Origin: Bradymonadia bacterium
GTDB taxonomy: Bacteria > Myxococcota_A > Bradymonadia > UBA7976 > UBA1532
Assembly (NCBI GenBank): GCA_046290225.1
Contig: JBKAGE010000067.1
Location: 1 to 35,745 of the forward strand
Direction: 5' to 3'
Length of the DNA: 35,745 bases
Part shown: one piece after another, positions 7,965-15,046 of the stretch
Numbering within the stretch: the first letter of the stretch is position 1
Layout of the letters: each line of letters opens with the position of its first letter
Notes under the pieces: generated by a model
What the model was told of the DNA's origin: nothing
Seen by the model: only the letters and a program-made list of their open reading frames with translations
Database searches by the model: none
Program-made: the position numbers and the translations under genes

Positions 7965-10025
7965 ATGCGGCACAGCCCCCCGATACACAGCATGGTGGGG
8001 TGGGTATGGATCAGCCTGCTCACCCTGACGGGGTGTGCCATCGAGCCAGCCCCACCGCCAGAGGTCGAGGTGACTCCGCCTGCGCCGGAGCGACGCCTTC
8101 CGGAGTATCCCGATGCCAACTTGATCGCTCGGGATCAAGCGGATGCATCCACTGCGCCGTCACCCAACGCACGCATCGAGATCCCAGCACCTCAGCCCAA
8201 GGTCATCCGACCATTGACCTTTGATGGCGGCTTGCCGGATGCAGCCGCTGAACAAGATGCCCATGTGCCTCATGAGACGCCCCCTTGTCGGCGGTACTGT
8301 GAAGCGCTGGCTCACCAATGCCCTGGAGAGGTCGTGACGATGGAGGCCTGTGCCCGGCACTGCGCCACCTGGACAGACTCAGCCTCTGGAGAGGGTGACG
8401 TCGGCGCCGACACCCTCGGATGCCGACTTGCAGTGCTGGCTCAGGACTTCGATACGCTCCAGCCTGGCCAGAAGGCCTCTGCATGTGCCGCAGCAGGCCC
8501 TCTGGGCGGCGGCATCTGCGGCTCGGTCTGTACTGTGTATTGTCGCCTCGTCGAGACTGCATGCCCTGCGCTCTTTCCCGAAGACGAACTCTGCACGTCG
8601 AGCTGCCGTACGTGGCCCAACGATGGTGATGTAAAGGGGCTCAATCGGGACACAGCATGGTGTCGAACAGCTGCGGCGGCGAGGGCGCTGAATGGCGACA
8701 CCCGCGCCTGCGCTGAAGCCTCGGCGGGGGGCGGCTCGCTGTGTGTAGACGGCCCGCCCTGTGCCCTGGGTATCCCTTGCCCTGATGGGCTGGCCTGCAC
8801 CTGGCCCACAGGCCAGTGCGACGGACTGGGATCTTGCCAACGGATGCCCGAGGCCTTGTGTGACGGCGTCGAGGTCTGCGGTTGCGACGGGATCACCTGG
8901 CCTGATCGCTGCGCCGCTGCTGGGGTGGGGATTCAGGCTGTGGGCCCCTGCCCACCCCTACCCTGCGATGATGCTCAGCCCTGCCCTTCTGGGGCGATCT
9001 GCTCGAGACCCGAGGGTCAGTGTGGCGGACCAGGGCAATGCACCGCGCGTCCCTCTCACTGTGAAGGCCCCGACGCCCCGGTGTGCGGCTGTGACGGCCG
9101 AACACACCGCAATGCCTGCGAAGCTGCCCGCGCCATGACCACCGTGATGGCCCAGGGCCCTTGTCCGCCTGGCCCCTGCCTGAATGCCCGAGACTGTGGA
9201 TTTGGTCAGTGGTGCAGCCGCCCGGCAGGTCAATGTGGCGGGCAAGGCGAGTGCGCACCCCTCTCCACTGCCTGTGCCCAGCCTGGGGGCAGTGTTTGTG
9301 GGTGTGATCGACGATCGTATGACGATGCCTGCGCCGCCGCTACCGCAGGCACCACGGTTCGCCTTCAGGGCGAGTGTGTGTGTGAAGACAACGCCCAGTG
9401 CGCCCAGGATCATCGCTGCACCAAAGCTCAATGTGGCGACGCTACAGGTCGATGTGTCGCCCGGCCTGATGCATGCCCTGCGCCACGAGAAGGACAGCAG
9501 GTCTGTGGCTGTGATGGCCGCACCTGGCCTTCGGAGTGCCACGCCCGCCAAAATGGCGTGGACGTGCGCGACGAGGGCCCATGCCCCTCGTCCCGATGCA
9601 CCATCGGCGATCCCCTCGGATGCCCGGACGGGCAAGCGTGTCAGAGCCCCCAGGGCATGTGCCGGGGGGTGGGGGTGTGCACCCCTGCCCCGCAATGCCC
9701 ACGCGACATCTTCGATCCGGTGTGCGGGTGTGACGGGCAGACATGGCGCTCAGCCTGTCATGCCCTCGCCGCTGGCCGTTCGGTGGCCTATCGGGGCATC
9801 TGCGGTCGGCCATGTGACCACTCGGCGGCCTGCGGGCCAGACGGGTTCTGTGGCTGCCTGCCCGATGCACCGAGCTGCGAAGCGCCAACGTGCATCCCCT
9901 GCACAGCACGGCTTCAGCCTCTGCCCTGTGGTGACGAGGTTTTGCCCGACGGCCTGTGCACTGCCCGTGATCTCGGGCTCACCTGGGCCGATCTCGATGC
10001 CGGCCGATGTGATGCGTCGCCCTGA
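7965..10025 (+). CDS. Cys-rich lipoprotein with five Kazal-type domains
   Basis: Lipobox LTGC. Five VCGCD..(T/S)....C.A...(G)......G.C repeats near 8874, 9081, 9294, 9501 and 9720, interleaved with C....C..G..C..P.GQC modules. Two further N-terminal Cys repeats. Confidence 0.85.
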   Translation: MRHSPPIHSMVGWVWISLLTLTGCAIEPAPPPEVEVTPPAPERRLPEYPDANLIARDQADASTAPSPNARIEIPAPQPKVIRPLTFDGGLPDAAAEQDAHVPHETPPCRRYCEALAHQCPGEVVTMEACARHCATWTDSASGEGDVGADTLGCRLAVLAQDFDTLQPGQKASACAAAGPLGGGICGSVCTVYCRLVETACPALFPEDELCTSSCRTWPNDGDVKGLNRDTAWCRTAAAARALNGDTRACAEASAGGGSLCVDGPPCALGIPCPDGLACTWPTGQCDGLGSCQRMPEALCDGVEVCGCDGITWPDRCAAAGVGIQAVGPCPPLPCDDAQPCPSGAICSRPEGQCGGPGQCTARPSHCEGPDAPVCGCDGRTHRNACEAARAMTTVMAQGPCPPGPCLNARDCGFGQWCSRPAGQCGGQGECAPLSTACAQPGGSVCGCDRRSYDDACAAATAGTTVRLQGECVCEDNAQCAQDHRCTKAQCGDATGRCVARPDACPAPREGQQVCGCDGRTWPSECHARQNGVDVRDEGPCPSSRCTIGDPLGCPDGQACQSPQGMCRGVGVCTPAPQCPRDIFDPVCGCDGQTWRSACHALAAGRSVAYRGICGRPCDHSAACGPDGFCGCLPDAPSCEAPTCIPCTARLQPLPCGDEVLPDGLCTARDLGLTWADLDAGRCDASP

Positions 10026-10035
10026 GCTGCACGGC

Positions 10036-11019
10036 TCAGCGCGGCACCATCTCCAACGCCTCGGTGATCACCTCGGGACCCGACTTCGGATCTCGGGCCG
10101 CTTCAGTGAGATGACGTCGCCAGCGACGGGCCCCAGGCTGACCATTGAACAGATGCAGCATGTGTCGCGTGGCATGGTGTGATCGGCCACCCTGGCTCAC
10201 CCAATGCTCTACCCACTCGGTCATGGCCATGGCGGCTTCATGTCGACTGGGCACGGGGGTGGTCTCACCGAACAAGCGCTGATCCACCTCGGCGAACAGG
10301 TACGGATCGTCATAGGCCGCTCGGCCCAGCATCGCGGCGTCGACGTGCTCGAGGTGATGCTGCACCTCGTCGAGGCTCTTGATGCCCCCGTTGGTCTCGA
10401 TCCAGAGGTGGGGGCGCTCAGCCTTGAGCCGATGCACTTCGGGGTGACGCAGCGGAGGGATGTTCCGGTTCTCCTTGGGGCTGAGACCTTGCAGCCAGGC
10501 CTTTCGCGCGTGGACCGTGAACCGGGTGCATCCCGAGTCGGCGACGATGTCGACGAAGCGCAACATGTCGTCGTAGCCGTCGAGCTCGTCGACCCCGATG
10601 CGGTGCTTCACGGTCACCGGGATCGAGCACACCTTCTGCATCGCCTCCACACAGGCGGCCACTCGCTCGGGGCGTTTCATCAACACCACCCCGAAGCTGC
10701 CCGACTGCACCCGGCTCGAGGGGCAGCCCACGTTCAGGTTGATCTCGTCATAGCCACGGTCTTCGGCGATGCGGGCACACTCGGTGAGGGCCTGCGGATC
10801 GTCGCCGCCCACTTGCAGACTGATGGGGTGCTCCTGCGGGTGAAAGCCGAGCAGGTAGTCCCGATCACCATTGAGGATCGCCGGCGCGGTGATCATCTCG
10901 GTGTAGAGCAGCGTGCGTCGGCTCAGCTGCCGCATGAAGAGACGGTAGTGACGATCAGTGCGATCCATCATCGGGGCGATGGAGATCACGGGCACTTCGG
11001 TGGGGCTGGCAGGCTTCAT
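10036..11019 (-). CDS. dusA: tRNA-dihydrouridine(20/20a) synthase DusA
   Basis: SIAPMMDRTDRHYR, LYTEM, GYDEINLNVGCPS.RVQSG.FG..LM, PVTVKHRIG, VHARKAWLQGLSPKENR.IPPL, NGGI, MLGRAAY. Confidence 0.95.
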   Translation of the reverse strand: MKPASPTEVPVISIAPMMDRTDRHYRLFMRQLSRRTLLYTEMITAPAILNGDRDYLLGFHPQEHPISLQVGGDDPQALTECARIAEDRGYDEINLNVGCPSSRVQSGSFGVVLMKRPERVAACVEAMQKVCSIPVTVKHRIGVDELDGYDDMLRFVDIVADSGCTRFTVHARKAWLQGLSPKENRNIPPLRHPEVHRLKAERPHLWIETNGGIKSLDEVQHHLEHVDAAMLGRAAYDDPYLFAEVDQRLFGETTPVPSRHEAAMAMTEWVEHWVSQGGRSHHATRHMLHLFNGQPGARRWRRHLTEAARDPKSGPEVITEALEMVPR

Positions 11020-11040
11020 GGCCGGGGGATTGTGACGATC

Positions 11041-12105
11041 TCAACGCAAGCTGGCAAACCGTGCTTTGTCTCGGGCCCGTGCCCTGGCCTCCTTTGCGGC
11101 CACCCGACCACTCTTCGCCGCCTCGAAGAGGGCGTCGTCCATGGACTGCATGCCCACCCCCTTCCCGGATTGGATCAGCGAGGCCAGCATCGAGATTTTG
11201 CCCTCACGGATGATGTTGGGCAGACCTGGCGTCGCCAGCAGAATCTCGTTCACCGCACAACGCCCCTGCCCGTCAGCGGTCCGCAACAGCAGCTGCGCCA
11301 CCACCGCCGACAGGGACTGTGACAACATCAGTCGCGCTTGCTCCTGCTCGTCTTCGGGGAACGCGTCGATGAGGCGATCGATGGTTTTCGAAGCGTTGTT
11401 CGTGTGCAGGGTGCCAAAGACCAACGCGCCGCGCTCTGCGGCGTTGATGGCCTGACTGATGGTCTCGTGATCCCGCATCTCGCCCACGAGGATCACATCG
11501 GCGTCCTGCCGCGTGGCCGCTTGGAGGGCACCGGCGAAACTGTCGGCGTGCACGCCCACCTCTCGGTGCAGGATCGTCGACATCTTGGGCGTGTGCACGA
11601 ACTCCACCGGATCTTCGATGGTGATGATCAGTCGGTTTTTGGTGGCGTTGATCAGATCGATGATCGAGGCCAGGGTGGTGCTCTTGCCACTGCCCGTGGG
11701 GCCCGTGACCAGCACGAGGCCTTTGTCGTACTCGGCGATCTTCGCCACCGCCGGTGGCAGATTGAGCTTCTCGATGGGGATCACCGTGTCGGGGATGATG
11801 CGGAACACCGCCCCAGCCCCATAGCTCTGCCGGAAGTAGTTGGCCCTGAACCGCGCCACGCCGGGGATCGGGTGGGCGAAGTCGACATCATGGGTGCCGG
11901 TGAACTCCGTCCAGAACTGCTCTGGGCAGATGCTCCGCAGCATCTCCATGAGCTGGCGCTCTTGGAGCACTGGCCAGCCCTCGATGGGGGTCAGCCGACC
12001 CCGCAACCGCACACAGGGCCTGATGCCCGTGGCCATGTGCAGATCCGAGCCCCCCATCTCTTTGAGGGTGCACAGCAACTGCTCCATCTTGTTCGACCGG
12101 GACAT
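11041..12105 (-). CDS. pilT: PilT/PilU family type IV pilus retraction-type ATPase (paralogue)
   Basis: GSDLH, RFRANYF, Walker A GPTGSGKSTT, TIEDPVEF, Walker B VILVGEMRD, His box GTLHT, LPNIIRE (AIRNLIRE variant). Start MSRS overlaps the upstream stop (TGATG). Confidence 0.88.
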   Translation of the reverse strand: MSRSNKMEQLLCTLKEMGGSDLHMATGIRPCVRLRGRLTPIEGWPVLQERQLMEMLRSICPEQFWTEFTGTHDVDFAHPIPGVARFRANYFRQSYGAGAVFRIIPDTVIPIEKLNLPPAVAKIAEYDKGLVLVTGPTGSGKSTTLASIIDLINATKNRLIITIEDPVEFVHTPKMSTILHREVGVHADSFAGALQAATRQDADVILVGEMRDHETISQAINAAERGALVFGTLHTNNASKTIDRLIDAFPEDEQEQARLMLSQSLSAVVAQLLLRTADGQGRCAVNEILLATPGLPNIIREGKISMLASLIQSGKGVGMQSMDDALFEAAKSGRVAAKEARARARDKARFASLR

Positions 12106-13682
12106 CAGCTCATCCCTCCGGGCTGCCAGCCGTTGCGGGCCGCCTCTTCGTCGCTGACGAGACCTGCCCGATACAGCCGCTCCACCGATTGAGAGAGCAG
12201 GCACATGCCATCGTTGAGGCTGGTCTGCATGATCGATCTCAGCTGGTGCATCTTCTGATCACGGATCAGATTGCCCACAGCCTGTGTGTTGTAGAGCACT
12301 TCCACCGCCGGCAACCGCCCGGCCTGATCCCGATGGGCCAGCAGCCTCTGTGAGACCACCGCCTTGAGCGACTCCGACACCATGGCCCTGATCTGGCTCT
12401 GCTGTTTCGGAGGGAAGCTGCCAATGAGCCGGTTCACCGTGGCTGCGGCGCTGTCGGTGTGCATCGTGCCCAGGACGAGGTGACCTGTCTCCGCGGCGGT
12501 GAGCGCCAGAGAGATGGTCTCGATGTCCCGGAGCTCGCCGATCACGATGATGTCGGGATCTTCCCGAAGGGCGGCTTTGAGGGCCCGGCCGAAGGACTGG
12601 GTGTTGTCGCCGATTTGACGCTGGTTCACCACGCACTGCTTGGACTGGTGCAGGTACTCGATGGGATCCTCGAGGCACAAGATGTGGTCGTACCGCTCTC
12701 GATTGAGAATGTCGACGAGGGCAGCGAGGGTAGAAGACTTCCCACTGCCACCAGGGCCCGTGATGAGCACCATGCCCTGATGAAAATCCACGAGCCTGGA
12801 GAAGTCCGGGGGCAAGTTCAGCTCAGCGAGGGTGGGCGGCGTCGGGGTGATGATGCGGAACACTGCCCCCACCCCCTGCTGATGTTTGAATGCGTTCCCC
12901 CTGAACCGCGCGAGCTCGGGCAGGGTGTACATGAAGTCCGCTTGCCCCGTGGCCTCGAAACGCTTGCGCTGTACCGGGGTCAGCCGGGCCATGAGCATCT
13001 GCTCGAGGTTCGGCGGCGGCATGGCGCCCTGCACCTCTCGCAGTGATCCGCTCGCCCTCTCCTTCACCACGCACCCTGCGTGAATGTGCAGGTCGCTGGC
13101 CCCGCGGTTGGTGGCCCCCGAGAGCATCAGATCGAGCCAATCGTCCTTGGGCGTAGCCTCTGCAGGCGGTGTCTTCACCGGCTGGTCGAGGGGGGCCGGC
13201 GTCAATGGCAAGGTGCCCAAGCCCGGCGCAGGCCCTCTGGCCTGTGTGGGCGGCACAGATGCTTGAGCAGGAGGCGGCTGTGGGCTGGCCAGCTCGGGGC
13301 GAGGGGCACGCACTGCAGGTGCCCTCGCCGCTGGGGCTGGTCGTGCAGCAGGTGCAGGACGCGGTGCAGGCCGCGACGCAGGTGCTGACCTCGTAGACGG
13401 ACGAGGCGGTGGCTGAGCTGGGGGCTTCTCCGAGGGCGGCTGCTCCTGGATGTCCGACAGCTTGATGGGCCCCTGCACATATTGCCGGGCGATGAGGCCT
13501 TTCTGGACCTCGACCAGCCACTGGTGATGGTGCTCGGACAAGAAGCCCTGCTGCACCATCAACTCACCGATGCGGGTGTCGGGACTCCGAGTGCGCTGAA
13601 TCGCGAGACAGGCATCCACCACAGGCTGGCGGACGAGGTTGAAGTGGACGGCCAGCCGCCCGAAGAGCAAATCGTCGTTCAT
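12105..13682 (-). CDS. pilT: PilT family ATPase with N-terminal MshEN-like domain and Pro/Ala linker
   Basis: ASDLHI, GPGGSGKSST, EDPIE, ALREDPDIIVIGELRD, AETGHLVLGTMHT, AVGNLIRD. N-terminal LFG..AV..NLV....V..CL..Q followed by RIGELMVQQGFLS. Confidence 0.88.
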   Translation of the reverse strand: MNDDLLFGRLAVHFNLVRQPVVDACLAIQRTRSPDTRIGELMVQQGFLSEHHHQWLVEVQKGLIARQYVQGPIKLSDIQEQPPSEKPPAQPPPRPSTRSAPASRPAPRPAPAARPAPAARAPAVRAPRPELASPQPPPAQASVPPTQARGPAPGLGTLPLTPAPLDQPVKTPPAEATPKDDWLDLMLSGATNRGASDLHIHAGCVVKERASGSLREVQGAMPPPNLEQMLMARLTPVQRKRFEATGQADFMYTLPELARFRGNAFKHQQGVGAVFRIITPTPPTLAELNLPPDFSRLVDFHQGMVLITGPGGSGKSSTLAALVDILNRERYDHILCLEDPIEYLHQSKQCVVNQRQIGDNTQSFGRALKAALREDPDIIVIGELRDIETISLALTAAETGHLVLGTMHTDSAAATVNRLIGSFPPKQQSQIRAMVSESLKAVVSQRLLAHRDQAGRLPAVEVLYNTQAVGNLIRDQKMHQLRSIMQTSLNDGMCLLSQSVERLYRAGLVSDEEAARNGWQPGGMS

Positions 13683-13741
13683 CTAGGCCCTCACAACTGC
13701 CTCCTTCTGTTCGGCGGCAGTGTCGACGGCCTTGAAACTCT

Positions 13742-14734
13742 TCACTGCCCCGCGGCAGCCCCCTCCGAGGGCCAGCGAAAGTGCATCAACAACGTACGCT
13801 GGAGCGGGCTCTTGTTGTCGTCGGACATCAAGAAGACGTCGAGGGCACCGTCAGGCCCTGGCAACAAGGCCATGCCTTCCATGTTGTCGACAGTGAAGCC
13901 CGAGCCGAGCTCGACGACGGGCTCGGGTGACCACACCGACTTCTCGAGGCCCGCGCGGGGCACGCGACGCAACCGCGCAGAGACCGAAAACGGTGGCCGA
14001 TACCAACGTTCGAGGATCAGCAGATCGCCCGAGGGCATCAGGGCCGCTTCGGTGGGTAGATAACCATCAGCGTCGAGATAGCGGATGGCCCGCCATTGCC
14101 CGGGCCGGCCGATCCAGCCCTTGAAGCCCCCCTCTGGGTGCTGCCCCCGCTCGCTCAACAAGATCCACGTGCCATCCGGGCCATGGCTCAGCGCTTCGAT
14201 GCCTTTGTTGTCGGGCAGGCTGCTCAAGCCCTCGGGCCCATCGAGAGCCTCTGCGGGCCCCTTCAGGTTCGCCGCATAGCGCCAGAGGCGATGGGCCCGC
14301 TCGAAGGTGACGTACCAGTGCCCGTCGGCCCACCGCACCGTCTCGCCGTCGGCGGCTCGCTTCCCCGAGATGGGCTGACCCTTCAAGTCATGCACAGGCA
14401 AGAGCTGAGCCTGCTCGAGACCTCGCAGCTGCCCCTCGGCGTTGAGCACCATACGACCGCGGAGCCAGTGGCCCGTGTCGGAGATGGCGAGCATGCTCAG
14501 GGCGCCATCGCCTGCCCGTTGAACCGAGAGGCCCGAGTACCCACCGAAGCGTGGATCTTCGTGGGTCAGCTTGATGCCGCCCATCCACTTCAAGGGCCCG
14601 AGCTGCTGGGTGCCAGGGGCACCAGGCTTGAGCAACACCTCGGACCACTGCAGCCCCTCCCGGGCGCTGACGGGGGCGAAGCAGAACAGGTAGAAACACG
14701 CACAGATGAGAGAGAGTCGACGCATGGTGGGCAT
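13742..14734 (-). CDS. Esterase-like activity of phytase family (beta-propeller) secreted protein
   Basis: Signal peptide; motifs FGGYSGL, AISD.G, D.E, N.GIEAL, LLILER, DNMEG, SDDN.SPLQRTLL..F. Confidence 0.85.
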   Translation of the reverse strand: MPTMRRLSLICACFYLFCFAPVSAREGLQWSEVLLKPGAPGTQQLGPLKWMGGIKLTHEDPRFGGYSGLSVQRAGDGALSMLAISDTGHWLRGRMVLNAEGQLRGLEQAQLLPVHDLKGQPISGKRAADGETVRWADGHWYVTFERAHRLWRYAANLKGPAEALDGPEGLSSLPDNKGIEALSHGPDGTWILLSERGQHPEGGFKGWIGRPGQWRAIRYLDADGYLPTEAALMPSGDLLILERWYRPPFSVSARLRRVPRAGLEKSVWSPEPVVELGSGFTVDNMEGMALLPGPDGALDVFLMSDDNKSPLQRTLLMHFRWPSEGAAAGQ

Positions 14735-14784
14735 GATACGTCCGAGCAGTGCAAACGCCAGGGCGACGACGGGGTTCTGGCTTA

Positions 14785-14943
14785 AAGGTCCTAACATAAC
14801 CGCTCCCGTCGCCAGGAACGCGATGCACTTCGCGAGGCAGCCGAAAGCATCCTCGACGATGCTTTGGCATCGCCTGCGCGTCTTTCGACTGCCTCACTTG
14901 CGCCTCACGTCCCTGACTCGGTCCGCTGTTTTGTTAGGACCTT
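14785..14943. mobile_element. MITE-like non-autonomous element (159 bp)
   Basis: Terminal inverted repeats AAGGTCCTAACATAAC and GTTTTGTTAGGACCTT (15/16 match), flanked by direct TTA (14782-14784 and 14944-14946). The interior folds into a long imperfect hairpin. No transposase. Confidence 0.65.
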
Positions 14944-15046
14944 TTAAAGTCAGCGTGAAATCACCTGTCGCCTCATGCTCCGCGACACCGCCCCGGGCTT
15001 CAGGGCGCCGACAATCAGCCAGCTAAAGTGTGGGGAACAGCCCTAC

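Noticed and set aside
14781..14949. Possible 6S RNA (rod-shaped hairpin of similar size)
   Set aside because: Sharp TIRs with a TTA duplication fit a MITE better, and no zapA/ygfA context or clear central bubble is seen. Not fully excluded without an Rfam scan.
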